A stretch of 64,000 bases of DNA from an uncultured Verrucomicrobiae bacterium (GCA_963764165.1 CAVXRD010000004.1:288001-352000); one strand, 5' to 3'; counted from the first letter of the stretch, positions 31,500 through 41,845 are shown. Program-made: numbers and translations. Notes: generated by a model from the letters alone, not told the origin.

Positions 31500-33511
31500 C
31501 TGACATCATCCCCGCACTCAGCTTCACCGCCCCGATCCACGACAAGCGGTTTGTCCGTCTCTCAGACGAAGCCCGCGATCTCGTCATCGCCCGGCTCGCC
31601 GCCATGCAGACCATTGCCAAGGCCAAGTCCGTCGAGGAAGGCGTCAAGGAAGTCGCATCGGCCAATCCCGGACGGCGCGGATTCGGGCAAGGAACCATTC
31701 GCAATTGCTGGTTCCGATTCAAACTCAAAAACGGCTATTGGGTTGCCCTTCTCGACCGCGCCCTGGCCGGTCCCGCGTGGTGGGGCGAAGACGCCGATGG
31801 CGAAGAACTCACCCAGGCATTTCGCGAGCATCTCGGCACACTCTGGTCCCGACGCCAGCGCGGCAAATTCCGCGCCGCCTACTCCGAAAAATTAATCCCG
31901 CAATGGCGGCGCTGGAGGGCGGGCGATGCGTCCGCAGCGATCCCCGGGTACCAAACCTGCCCCGAGCCAAATCCGCTCACCGATTTGCCGGACGGATGGA
32001 CGGAAGGCAACTTGCGCCGCATCGCCCGTGCCGAAGCCTCCATCGCCGCCCGCAAGCTCGTCAATATCGGCCCAAAGTCAGGGCAGCAATACACCTACAA
32101 GATTCCCAAGACCCGCGAAGGCGTTGAAGTCGGGCAAATCCTCTTCCCCGACGATTGTTGGAATGATTTCCGCATCACCTGGCAGGGCAAAGGCAGCCGC
32201 ATCATCAGCCTCCACATGCTCGATCTCGCCAGCGGCTGCAATCCGATCCGAGGCCACAAGCCAACCTGCGAAGACGAGCGCGGCGTCGAGCAGCGCCTCA
32301 AGGAAAAGGAAATGATCTTTCTGCTTGACGCGTATTTCTCAACTCACGGCTACCACCCGGCCGGCACGGAAATTTACTGCGAGAAAAGCACCGCAACCGT
32401 GCGCCCCGAGGACGAATCCATGCTCGAAATCCTCACCGATGGCAAAATCAAAATCCGTCGCGGCCCCATGGGCGGCGGCCCCGGCATCTCCGGTCTCTTC
32501 ACCGGCCCAGGCGGCGGCAACCCCAATTGGAAAGCCCCCTTGGAATCGTGGTTCAACCTGCTTCACAACCGTTGCGACGACATGATCGACTTTCCCGGGC
32601 AGGCCGGAAAAAACTCTCGTCTTGACAAGCCCGAAGGCTTGGAACTCATGGAGCGAACCGACGAAGCCCTTCACCGCGCCCTGCAGGTTCTTACCCCCGA
32701 GCGGCAAAAGCTCATCAAATTCAATCTGCTCCAATATGAGCACGCTGCCCCCGCCATCGACTCCATGTGCGAGGTCATCAACACCCGGCGCGATCACAAG
32801 CTCAACCAATGGGCCGCATGCGGCAACATCATCCCCGCCTTTCGCTTGACAGAAACAACCCCGTGGATTCCGTGGACCGAACTCGACCGCCTCACCCCCG
32901 ATCAGCAAGCGCACGTCCAATTTTTGCTTCGCCAGAACCCGCGCCTCTGCGGCGAAATCAACCTCAGCCCCCGCGAAGTCTTCAATCGCGGCGCGGGCAA
33001 GCTCATCAAATTCAACCCGTCGCAACGCGCCTTGCTGCTCGCGAAATTGGAAGGCAAGGAAAAGTCCGTCAGCAAAGGAGGATTGCTGGAATTGGAATTG
33101 CCGGAAATCGACCAGCGCAACCCCGTCCGCTACGGCCCCGTCTGGCGCGATTTCGACGGCAACGAAGTCGCCCTGCGCCACGGCGACAAATACTTGACAC
33201 GAGTCAACGGCTTCAAGCCCAAATCCGTCTGGCTCTACAACGCCGCAGGCGGATTCGTCGGCATCGCCGCTGCCCGCTTGAACGCCGCAGGCTACCACGA
33301 CGCCGAAGCCCTCAACGAGCACCACAAAGCCAAGAGCAAGCAATTCGCCCCCATCCTGGCCGAAGCCCGCAAGATCGCCGCCCCCATCAATACCCGCGCC
33401 AGCGAAATTGTTGACAACAACGCCCGCGTCTTCGCCAGCCAGAAAAAGGAAGCAAACGATTTGGCAGCCGCCGCCAGCGCGGCGCTGTTCAGAGGAAACG
33501 CAGAAAGTTAA
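31496..33511 (+). CDS. Mu-like transposase (MuA analog)
   Basis: 671 aa; FPDD, MLDLASG, GNPNWKAPLESWFN, INTRRDH, SPRE; followed by an AAA ATPase. Confidence 0.85.
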   Translation: MTDIIPALSFTAPIHDKRFVRLSDEARDLVIARLAAMQTIAKAKSVEEGVKEVASANPGRRGFGQGTIRNCWFRFKLKNGYWVALLDRALAGPAWWGEDADGEELTQAFREHLGTLWSRRQRGKFRAAYSEKLIPQWRRWRAGDASAAIPGYQTCPEPNPLTDLPDGWTEGNLRRIARAEASIAARKLVNIGPKSGQQYTYKIPKTREGVEVGQILFPDDCWNDFRITWQGKGSRIISLHMLDLASGCNPIRGHKPTCEDERGVEQRLKEKEMIFLLDAYFSTHGYHPAGTEIYCEKSTATVRPEDESMLEILTDGKIKIRRGPMGGGPGISGLFTGPGGGNPNWKAPLESWFNLLHNRCDDMIDFPGQAGKNSRLDKPEGLELMERTDEALHRALQVLTPERQKLIKFNLLQYEHAAPAIDSMCEVINTRRDHKLNQWAACGNIIPAFRLTETTPWIPWTELDRLTPDQQAHVQFLLRQNPRLCGEINLSPREVFNRGAGKLIKFNPSQRALLLAKLEGKEKSVSKGGLLELELPEIDQRNPVRYGPVWRDFDGNEVALRHGDKYLTRVNGFKPKSVWLYNAAGGFVGIAAARLNAAGYHDAEALNEHHKAKSKQFAPILAEARKIAAPINTRASEIVDNNARVFASQKKEANDLAAAASAALFRGNAES

Positions 33512-33532
33512 CCCGCAACAAAAAGGAGAGTT

Positions 33533-34594
33533 ATGATTGACATGATAGGAGACAACGAATTGCCGCCAGGCGACCGCGCCGAGCGACCCGAACCAGAACC
33601 CGAAACACCCGCCGCCGAAGCGCCGGGCAAAATCCTCGACCGCCATTTGCACGCGCAAATCAAAGCCCGGCTCAACGCCGATTTCAGCCAGGCCGAACTC
33701 GCCCGCCAGATCGGCGTGTCCGCCGCCATGATCAACAAATGGATCAAAGGCGCGCCAGTCGGAGACGTTGTCAAATTGGAGTTCAAGCTGCAGGCGTGGT
33801 TGAACGGCGCGATGGAGCGCGTCGATCTCACCCGCGAGCTTCGCCACACGCCCGTCACCCAGGAGACATGCGCGATCATTCGCAGCATCATCAAGACGAA
33901 CGATCTTGGCGTCATCACCGGGCGCGCCGGCATCGGCAAAACCTGCGGAGCGCAATTGTTCCTGCTCGAAGACCCGATGGCCACATTGTTGACAGCCGAC
34001 TACTGCCACGGCAGCGCCGAATGCATGGTCTCCGATTTGCGCCGCAAAAACAGCATCCGCCGCCGCATCACCGATCCGATGGGCTTCAACGACATCGTCG
34101 TCGACCGCTTCACCGGCACCAGCCGCCCGCTGATGATTGACAACGCGCACGCGCTGACCATGGGCGGACTGCGATGGGCTTACGCGTTTCACAACCGCAC
34201 CGGATGCCCCGTCATCATGATCGGCAACCCCATGATCGAGCAAAAAATCCTCGCCTTGCCCGACGAAGATCAGTTCACCACCCGCACCGGACAATTCCGC
34301 GCCGTGGGTGTATTTGACAACAAGACCGCCCAGGAACTCGCCGGGCTGTTGCTCGATCAATACGCCCCGCACCTGAAAGCCGATCTCATCAGCCAGGCCA
34401 CCGACACCTGCCGCGCCCGTGGTTATGCCCGGCGCTTGAAAAAGCAAATCCGCCTCGCCCTCGGCATTCTCGAAGGAGGATTGTCCGACATCAACGTCAT
34501 CAAAAAACTCCGAGCAGAAGGCCACACCGACGCGCAAATCGCGTTCAGCCTCGCCGCCACCCAACTGCTGTCAATCGAAGGGAGGGAAGAATGA
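33533..34594 (+). CDS. MuB-like transposition ATPase with N-terminal HTH
   Basis: SQAELARQIGVSAAMINKW HTH; GRAGIGKT; LMIDNA; VIMIGNP. Confidence 0.92.
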   Translation: MIDMIGDNELPPGDRAERPEPEPETPAAEAPGKILDRHLHAQIKARLNADFSQAELARQIGVSAAMINKWIKGAPVGDVVKLEFKLQAWLNGAMERVDLTRELRHTPVTQETCAIIRSIIKTNDLGVITGRAGIGKTCGAQLFLLEDPMATLLTADYCHGSAECMVSDLRRKNSIRRRITDPMGFNDIVVDRFTGTSRPLMIDNAHALTMGGLRWAYAFHNRTGCPVIMIGNPMIEQKILALPDEDQFTTRTGQFRAVGVFDNKTAQELAGLLLDQYAPHLKADLISQATDTCRARGYARRLKKQIRLALGILEGGLSDINVIKKLRAEGHTDAQIAFSLAATQLLSIEGREE

Positions 34595-34788
34595 CCCGCT
34601 ACATCGTCTCCTGGGTGGGCACCCGCGACGGCGAAGACTACAGCGGCGCGGGCACCTTCGACCGCGAGCGGATCGCCACCCGCGAAGACATCGACGGCAT
34701 CGCCAGCGAAATAAAAGCCGAGCGCGGCTACGAGGAATGCACCTTGGTCGCATGGATGCCCGCCAAAAACGAACAGGAGGCCGCATGA
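34591..34788 (+). CDS. Phage hypothetical protein
   Basis: ATGA coupling; RBS GGAGG. Confidence 0.7.
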   Translation: MTRYIVSWVGTRDGEDYSGAGTFDRERIATREDIDGIASEIKAERGYEECTLVAWMPAKNEQEAA

Positions 34789-34952
34789 AGGCTTGCATAA
34801 TTCTGTTTTGCATCATCGGCTTCTATTTCACCGCGGCGATTATCGCCTTGATAATCGCCGCGCTGGAAGAGGTAGGGACGCCTGGCCCAGGCGTCCGAGG
34901 ACTATCATCAGCCAACGCCGCCGTTTTGAAACTCAACCCCATCATCAAATGA
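34785..34952 (+). CDS. Small membrane protein with an in-frame REP-like repeat
   Basis: RBS AGGAGG; one TM; GTAG repeat at 34872. Confidence 0.55.
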   Translation: MKACIILFCIIGFYFTAAIIALIIAALEEVGTPGPGVRGLSSANAAVLKLNPIIK

Positions 34953-35203
34953 GCAATTCCCCTTCGTGTCCTTTGTGCCCTTCTGTTGAAATTGCAGTTC
35001 AGTACATCGTCCTCTACAAAGGCAAATGGCCCGTCCGTTTCCTTGACACATGCCGCTGGCCCGCAGCCGACCTGCAGGCCAGCGAGGACAAAGCAACCCG
35101 CTTTCCGACCGAGCAAGCCGCCGCCAATCGCGCCGGCATGCAAGGCTGGGATGCCTCCGAAATCACCGTCAAACCCGCCGAGCCATTAACAGTCAACAAA
35201 TAA
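34949..35203 (+). CDS. Phage hypothetical protein
   Basis: ATGA coupling; repeat-derived N-terminus. Confidence 0.55.
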   Translation: MSNSPSCPLCPSVEIAVQYIVLYKGKWPVRFLDTCRWPAADLQASEDKATRFPTEQAAANRAGMQGWDASEITVKPAEPLTVNK

Positions 35204-35208
35204 TTGCC

Positions 35209-35400
35209 ATGGCCACCATCACCTGCGGGCACTGCAAGACCACGAACAGCCTCAGTTCGTTTTGCATCGGAGTGCCTCAATACGAATACAAATGCCCGGC
35301 ATGCGGGCATCATTTCAGAGTCGTCGCCACGCCACTGACAGAGCCGCGCAACAAAATCATCGTCATCCGTCCAGGCAGAAAATTAACCGTCAACAAATAA
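35209..35400 (+). CDS. Small zinc-ribbon protein
   Basis: CGHC...CPAC. Confidence 0.7.
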   Translation: MATITCGHCKTTNSLSSFCIGVPQYEYKCPACGHHFRVVATPLTEPRNKIIVIRPGRKLTVNK

Positions 35401-35416
35401 ATTCAAATTCAAACCT

Positions 35417-35983
35417 ATGAAAAAAACAGAACAAGAAACGACCCAAGTCAGCAGCGACTACCTGCAATTGCTCGACATGCTCAATGTCGTCGCGACGAGC
35501 ACGACGCGCCTCGCCGAAATGCAGGCCGCCATCGATCAGGATATGATCGACGCCGTCAACGAGCACAAGGACACCTACGCGGACCTGCAGACGGCCATCT
35601 CCGACGCCACGGCTGCGCTGGAGGCGATCTGCCTCGCTCACCCCGAGTGGTTCAAGGAAAAGAAGTCAGTCAAGACGCTTTTCGGCTCAGTTGGGTTCCG
35701 CGATATTCCGTCGCTCGAAATTCCTTGCGAGGAAATCACCCTCGCGCTCCTGGAAAACGCCGCCGATCAAGAGCCGATGTCCGGCATCGAACTCGCCGTC
35801 AAGACAGTCAAGACGATTAACCGCGAGGTGCTCGAAAAGCTCACCGACGCGGAACTGGCGCGATTCCGCGTCACGCGCCGGACCGGCAAGAGCTTCTCGG
35901 TGAAGCCCGCCAAAGTGGAACTCGGCAAAGCCGTCAGCGCCGGGGAGGAAGCCGATTCTCGCACCGCCGATCTTGTCGCCTGA
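35417..35983 (+). CDS. Mu Gam-like host-nuclease inhibitor
   Basis: Coiled N-terminus then WFKEKKSVKTLFGSVGFR, INREVL, FSVKP. Confidence 0.8.
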   Translation: MKKTEQETTQVSSDYLQLLDMLNVVATSTTRLAEMQAAIDQDMIDAVNEHKDTYADLQTAISDATAALEAICLAHPEWFKEKKSVKTLFGSVGFRDIPSLEIPCEEITLALLENAADQEPMSGIELAVKTVKTINREVLEKLTDAELARFRVTRRTGKSFSVKPAKVELGKAVSAGEEADSRTADLVA

Positions 35984-36024
35984 CCGCCATTCCTCATTCC
36001 CCAATCTCAATTCTCAATTGAAAA

Positions 36025-36234
36025 ATGCCTCCGGGAAACAAACAACTCCGCGAAGAAATGATTGACAAGATAATCCAGTTGTCGAAGCCGTCGCACGCGG
36101 GGCGGTTTCGCAACTATCTTACCACCCTCACCGAAAGGCAACTGGCGGCAAAGCTGCGCGATCTGCAATGCGAGCCTGCCACGAGCCAGTTCATGACCAC
36201 CGCCGAATTTTACCAGAAATTTTTCCACGCATGA
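36025..36234 (+). CDS. Phage hypothetical protein
   Basis: 69 aa ORF, ATGA-coupled to the next gene. Confidence 0.6.
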   Translation: MPPGNKQLREEMIDKIIQLSKPSHAGRFRNYLTTLTERQLAAKLRDLQCEPATSQFMTTAEFYQKFFHA

Positions 36235-36449
36235 CAACAGAACAAAAATCCAAAATCGTTAACGCCGCCGCGCTCGCCGCTTCCAGGGTAGTGCCGCGAG
36301 GCTTTGGCTTGATCGTCATCATCGCGCCGACTGAAACCGACATTTACGACGGAGGCGAGTTGGCGGCCACAGTTCCGAAGGCCGAGACCATTGAACTGTT
36401 GCGGCAGACTGCGGACCGCTTGGAACGAAATCTGGCCAAGACTCAATAA
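36231..36449 (+). CDS. Phage hypothetical protein
   Basis: 72 aa; GFGLIVII...IELLRQTADRLE. Confidence 0.65.
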   Translation: MTTEQKSKIVNAAALAASRVVPRGFGLIVIIAPTETDIYDGGELAATVPKAETIELLRQTADRLERNLAKTQ

Positions 36450-36504
36450 AGCCTCCGTTCCTGAGTTCGGTTGTTCCTGATTAAAAAATTCAGAATCCCA
36501 AATT

Positions 36505-37032
36505 ATGAAACCCAACTACCCCGGATGGAAGATGAGCGAGTCCCAGCACGGCGCATATTTCCGCCTGTTCGCCGCCGCCTGCGAAGCCCAGAAATGCCGC
36601 ACCGCCAAGGAAAAGGAAGACTTGCGCCAGGCCGCACACCACGCCGCCTTCGGTCGATTCGGCGTCAGCGCCAAGGACATCGACCAAGGAAAAATGTTTG
36701 ACGCCATCAAGCGCGAATTCCTGCGCCTGGCCGACCGCGTCGATCACAACGCAGACCAAGCCCGCGTCAGGCTTCTGCACGAGGCCGAGCACATGCTGGA
36801 AGTGCTCCGCGACATCACCTCCGCCGCCTACATTGCAAAGCTCTTGAAACAGCGTTTCAAGATCATCCCAGGCAAGCGCACCGTCGAAGATTTGAGCAAT
36901 GGGCAACTCAGCCAACTCATCATCACCTGCAACAGCCGGATCAAGGTTTTGAGTCAATCAAAAATATCCGAAGTCGAAGTGGAAGAATCCGAAGTCTACC
37001 ACGAACCCGAATCCGCCAACGTCCCGTTTTGA
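36505..37032 (+). CDS. Phage hypothetical protein, possibly Mu gp16/GemA-like
   Basis: FGVSAKDID and VEDLSNGQLSQLI helical repeats; semi-essential region position. Confidence 0.55.
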   Translation: MKPNYPGWKMSESQHGAYFRLFAAACEAQKCRTAKEKEDLRQAAHHAAFGRFGVSAKDIDQGKMFDAIKREFLRLADRVDHNADQARVRLLHEAEHMLEVLRDITSAAYIAKLLKQRFKIIPGKRTVEDLSNGQLSQLIITCNSRIKVLSQSKISEVEVEESEVYHEPESANVPF

Positions 37033-37039
37033 AAACACA

Positions 37040-37840
37040 ATGACCGCGCCCAAACATCCAGCATTGCGCTACTACGGCGGCAAATTCCGGCTCGGTCGGT
37101 GGATCGCCTCGCATTTTCCCGCGCACGAAACCTACGTTGAGCCGTTTGGCGGCGCTTGCGGTGTCCTCTTGCGCAAAGAGCCATCGCCCGTTGAAGTCTA
37201 CAATGATCTCGATTCGGGCGTCGTGAATTTCTTCCGCGTGCTCCGCGAAAATCCGCGTGGGCTTTTCCGCCTGCTTGAACTGACTCCGTTTTCGCGGGAG
37301 GAATTTGAACTGGCCTTCGTGCGGTCCGACGATCCAGTGGAAGACGCGCGACGGTTCTTTGTTTCGTCGTGGCAGGGCTTCGGCGGCTCGCGGCAAAAGA
37401 CAACGGGATGGAAAACGCAGAACCGCCTGTGGGAGCGGTCACGAGCCAATCAATTGCAAGAGTGGCACGACGCCAAGCGCAATCTCGGATGCGTGGCCAG
37501 GCGCTTGCGCGGCGTTCAAATCGAGCACGCCGACGCGCTGGATGTGATTCGCAAATTCGACGGACCGAACGCGCTCTTTTACGTCGACCCGCCGTATCCC
37601 ACGGATACCCGGAATGTTTCATGGTGCAAAGGAGCTTACGCATTTGAGTTTTCCGCGAGCGATCACACGCACTTGGGCAACTTGCTTTTGCGCATCAAGG
37701 GAATGGCCATCATCAGCACGTATCCCAATGAGCATTACGACCGCATGTTTGAGGGATGGCGAAAACTGTCAACTACAAGTCAGACGATGAATAAAACCGT
37801 CGCGACGGAAGTGGTATATCTCTCACCGAATATCGAATGA
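37040..37840 (+). CDS. DNA adenine methyltransferase (Dam/D12 class)
   Basis: LRYYGGK, YVEPFGG, VYNDLD, FYVDPPY. Confidence 0.93.
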   Translation: MTAPKHPALRYYGGKFRLGRWIASHFPAHETYVEPFGGACGVLLRKEPSPVEVYNDLDSGVVNFFRVLRENPRGLFRLLELTPFSREEFELAFVRSDDPVEDARRFFVSSWQGFGGSRQKTTGWKTQNRLWERSRANQLQEWHDAKRNLGCVARRLRGVQIEHADALDVIRKFDGPNALFYVDPPYPTDTRNVSWCKGAYAFEFSASDHTHLGNLLLRIKGMAIISTYPNEHYDRMFEGWRKLSTTSQTMNKTVATEVVYLSPNIE

Positions 37841-37874
37841 ACCCATAAGCCTCCGTTCCTGAGTTCCTGACAAA

Positions 37875-38266
37875 ATGAACCCTTCCCCGCTCACCGACGA
37901 AACCCCGATGCCCTTTGGCAAATGGCGCGGGACAGAAATGCGCCACGTCCCCGCCGAATACCTGCAATGGTGCGAACAAAATCTCACAGGCAAGTGGCAG
38001 AAACCGATACTTGACTACATCGCCGCCTATTGCGAGCGCACGGAGATCGACAAAGACATGCCGCTGTCCATGGCCACCTTGCGCCACAAAACCCCGCCAG
38101 GCACGCCCGTGTGCGTCAGAAGCGATACTCGCGAGGCGTTCGTGAGAGTTGAAAAAGCGCCGAAAAAACAGGCGGAACAAATACAAGTTTCCCCGCCGTT
38201 GTCAGTCAATACGAAATCCGCCGAGGACGCCTTGGCCGGATTGAGAGCACTACGGGAATCACTCAA

Positions 38267-38270
<4 letters not shown>
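37875..38270 (+). CDS. DUF3820-like domain protein
   Basis: MPFGKWRGTEMRHVPAEYLQW. Confidence 0.75.
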
Positions 38271-39181
<911 letters not shown>

Positions 39182-39247
39182 AAAAAACCAAAGCGGCCCG
39201 GCGTGATTCCAGCACACCGGGCCTGCGCAACAAGCCCATAGGTAAGT

Positions 39248-39463
39248 ATGAGCAAGCCACGCAGGCAAAAAATATCCGTTCCCGGATTGAACGCAAAAAC
39301 GAAAATTCTCTTCTCATCGCCGCCCGGCAAGACGGCGGCGCTGGTGGAAGGCGGGAAAATGACCGCCAAGCAATTCAGCGGCCCTCACGCGGCGTTGGAT
39401 TGGGCGATATCCCACGGCGTGGCGTTTTTCTTCACGCCCGCCGATCCCGTTTCACAGAATTAG
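39248..39463 (+). CDS. Phage hypothetical protein
   Basis: 71 aa ORF ending just before a terminator. Confidence 0.55.
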   Translation: MSKPRRQKISVPGLNAKTKILFSSPPGKTAALVEGGKMTAKQFSGPHAALDWAISHGVAFFFTPADPVSQN

Positions 39464-39499
39464 TTGACACGGCGTTCGCCGTTGTGAGATTGTGCCGCC

Positions 39500-39536
39500 A
39501 GCCGTAGGAGGACGCTCCTGCGGCTTTTTAGTTTTT
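39500..39536 (+). terminator. Intrinsic terminator at the early/late boundary
   Basis: AGCCGTAGGAG-GACG-CTCCTGCGGCT followed by TTTTAGTTTTT. Confidence 0.8.
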
Positions 39537-39671
39537 CGGCTTCCAAGAAATTCTTCGGAAAAATTCGATTCTCCCCACGGTGGGGAATACGCCCGCGCCC
39601 GTCTGTGTTTCACTCGAACCGTGCTTAACGAAAAAAGCAAGGTGGGTAAAACCCGCATCGAAAGGAAACAC

Positions 39672-39875
39672 ATGAAAAAACTATTGATCGCAACTTCCCT
39701 TGTCGCCCTGGTCGCAGTCGGCTGCAAAAATCCGGTCAGCGTCTCGGGCGATTACGCCACGCCGAAGCAAACCATTGCAGGCGGCGTCACGCTCACTCCG
39801 AACAGCGTCACTGTTGACGGCTCCGTCAGCAACGCCACGCAATCAGTCGGCGGTTCCGTCACCGTTGGTAAATAA
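39672..39875 (+). CDS. Small lipoprotein
   Basis: RBS AAAGGA; MKKLLIATSLVALVAVGC lipobox. Confidence 0.8.
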   Translation: MKKLLIATSLVALVAVGCKNPVSVSGDYATPKQTIAGGVTLTPNSVTVDGSVSNATQSVGGSVTVGK

Positions 39876-39880
39876 CTCCC

Positions 39881-40240
39881 ATGCGTCGCGTCATTCTCAT
39901 CTCGGCGCTGGCCTTGTGCGGTGGCGGATGCTTCATGGCACCGCCCGGCCCGACCGTCAGCCATGAAGTCAAGACCTACGATCCTCAGACCGGCCATCTC
40001 GTGCGAGTCGAGCGATGGAAGGATAAATCCGGTCTGCGTGCGCTCTACGTTTTGATGGACCCGTCCGGCCAGAACGTGAACGCGTGGCATACGAATCAAG
40101 CCGCCCTCGGCGGTTGCTCCCATTTCAGCGCCGGTTCGGCTGGCGTTGTGGTTGACACAAATTCCGCCGCCATCATCGGCGAATCCGGGACTGCAGTCGG
40201 CAACGTCATCGGCGCGGCAGCCAAAACCGCCGTCAAATAA
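39881..40240 (+). CDS. Putative lipoprotein
   Basis: MRRVILISALALCGGGC signal with Cys. Confidence 0.7.
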   Translation: MRRVILISALALCGGGCFMAPPGPTVSHEVKTYDPQTGHLVRVERWKDKSGLRALYVLMDPSGQNVNAWHTNQAALGGCSHFSAGSAGVVVDTNSAAIIGESGTAVGNVIGAAAKTAVK

Positions 40241-40455
40241 TGGGCGACCGCGTCACACTCGGGGGTCAGGCCAAATCGTGGTTGAAATCGCTCTGCGAGA
40301 CCGGCCCGACGCGCTACTGCCTTGACGGCGTCAAAGCGACGCTGAAACGCCAGGGCTTGGCTGTCGAGGTCGACGGCGTGCTCTCCGCAACCGACAAAGG
40401 CCGCGCCGTCTTTCGCGCAATTCAGGGTGAACCGTCCGTTTTCCAATTCGTATGA
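40240..40455 (+). CDS. Small winged-helix-like protein
   Basis: LKRQGLA...ATDKGR; TAATG coupling. Confidence 0.55.
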   Translation: MGDRVTLGGQAKSWLKSLCETGPTRYCLDGVKATLKRQGLAVEVDGVLSATDKGRAVFRAIQGEPSVFQFV

Positions 40456-41201
40456 TCGCACAAACTTCAAACGAATTCATCCCAGCCAATGCGCGGTTTC
40501 TTTGCCGATGCGCCGCGCAAACCTACGGCGACATCACAGCGCAAGACGGATGGACCGCAACCGTTCTTATTGACACCGGGCATTTGCTCGTTGCCGTCTT
40601 TCGTTGCGAGACGGATGTCGCAATTGCTGTGCGCGGAACGAAAAACCTGCCCAACGTGCTCGCCGATATGGACTGCATCCTGAAGCGCGATGGCGATTGG
40701 AAAGTCCACGAGGGATTTTCCAATTCCGTCGACCTCGTTGAGCAAGCCGTCGCAAACGTCATCCTCGCGGAAGCGTTTGGGCCGCGCCGAATTTGGCTCA
40801 CTGGCCACAGCCTTGGGGGAGCGATGGTTCACTTGCTCGCCGCCCGCTTCGTGCGGAAATATCGCCGCCAGCCGTTCGCGGGCATCTACACCTATGGTCA
40901 GCCTCGCGTCGGCAACGCCGCTTACCGCGACTGGTACAACTCAAGCGGGCTGCAATACTACACGTTTCGCGTCGTCAACCAGGACGACATTGTCCCGCGC
41001 CTCCCGTGGTTGCTGGGCCGCTACCGACACTCCGCGCACGAAATATATTTTACTGGCGTTCAAAAGTATTTCGTCGATTTGCCGATGCCGGTGAAACTGA
41101 TTTGCGACGTGCCGGGGCTCGTTCGCGAAGTCTGCAAAGACCGCGCCGAGTTCGTGGAAGATCATCACTCCGCGAGATACCTCCAAATTTTAGACGCATG
41201 A
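40452..41201 (+). CDS. Class 3 lipase (alpha/beta hydrolase)
   Basis: AVRGT, VHEGF, LTGHSLGG, YTYGQPRVGN, RVVNQDDIVPRLP, C-terminal DH. Confidence 0.92.
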   Translation: MIAQTSNEFIPANARFLCRCAAQTYGDITAQDGWTATVLIDTGHLLVAVFRCETDVAIAVRGTKNLPNVLADMDCILKRDGDWKVHEGFSNSVDLVEQAVANVILAEAFGPRRIWLTGHSLGGAMVHLLAARFVRKYRRQPFAGIYTYGQPRVGNAAYRDWYNSSGLQYYTFRVVNQDDIVPRLPWLLGRYRHSAHEIYFTGVQKYFVDLPMPVKLICDVPGLVREVCKDRAEFVEDHHSARYLQILDA

Positions 41202-41602
41202 ACTCACTCCAACTCGTCTCCGCATTTCTTTCGCCGATCTGCCTCGTGATTACGACAGTCCTGGCGTGGGTCGTCATATACCGCAAGCAGCGCACGGAAG
41301 TCAGCTTCACCGGCGAGCCGGTCGACAAAAAGGATTTCGAGAAAGCGGAGGCCGCGCACGCCGCTGTTCACGCGCAACTGTTCGCCAAAATCGGCGGCGC
41401 GGAGCGCGGTGTTGAAAACCGCATGGGCGAGCGCATGGCCCGCATTGAAACAAACACGGACAAAATTTGGGAGAAAATGGAGTCCGACAAAACCGAGATT
41501 TTGAAGACCGGCGAAGATCGTGCCACCAAAACCCACGACCGCATCAACGCTGTCCTCGAAGCCGTCGCCGAATTGCGCGGCCAGGTGAACGCCAAAAAAT
41601 AA
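41198..41602 (+). CDS. Single-TM coiled-coil protein (holin or i-spanin candidate)
   Basis: N-terminal TM then coiled coil; lysis-region position. Confidence 0.55.
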   Translation: MNSLQLVSAFLSPICLVITTVLAWVVIYRKQRTEVSFTGEPVDKKDFEKAEAAHAAVHAQLFAKIGGAERGVENRMGERMARIETNTDKIWEKMESDKTEILKTGEDRATKTHDRINAVLEAVAELRGQVNAKK

Positions 41603-41841
41603 TGAACCTTGCTCCCACCATTCTGAGAATCCTGCGCAACATGAGCGGCGAACCGCTTTCGTTGCCAGCCATTGTTGACACCGTTCGCCTGGCGCGCCCC
41701 GGCCTGCCCGAATCGGATATTGTCAGCGCGGTCAAGTCCCTGGAAGCCGGCGGCTACATCGCCGGCACGGAAAATCGCCTACTGAAAACGTCCCTCTGGA
41801 CAATGACCTCCAAGGGCGACATCGCCGTCGCCCAACTGTGA
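41602..41841 (+). CDS. Small winged-helix protein (Mu gp26-like position)
   Basis: ILRIL...IVSAVKSLEAGGYI...MTSKG; just before the terminase genes. Confidence 0.65.
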   Translation: MNLAPTILRILRNMSGEPLSLPAIVDTVRLARPGLPESDIVSAVKSLEAGGYIAGTENRLLKTSLWTMTSKGDIAVAQL

Positions 41842-41845
41842 ATGA

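Noticed and set aside
32339..34564. 741-aa minus-strand ORF
   Set aside because: Antisense shadow of the transposase and MuB genes in GC-rich DNA with no motifs; the same applies to 43021-44001, 44744-45796 and 48216-49304
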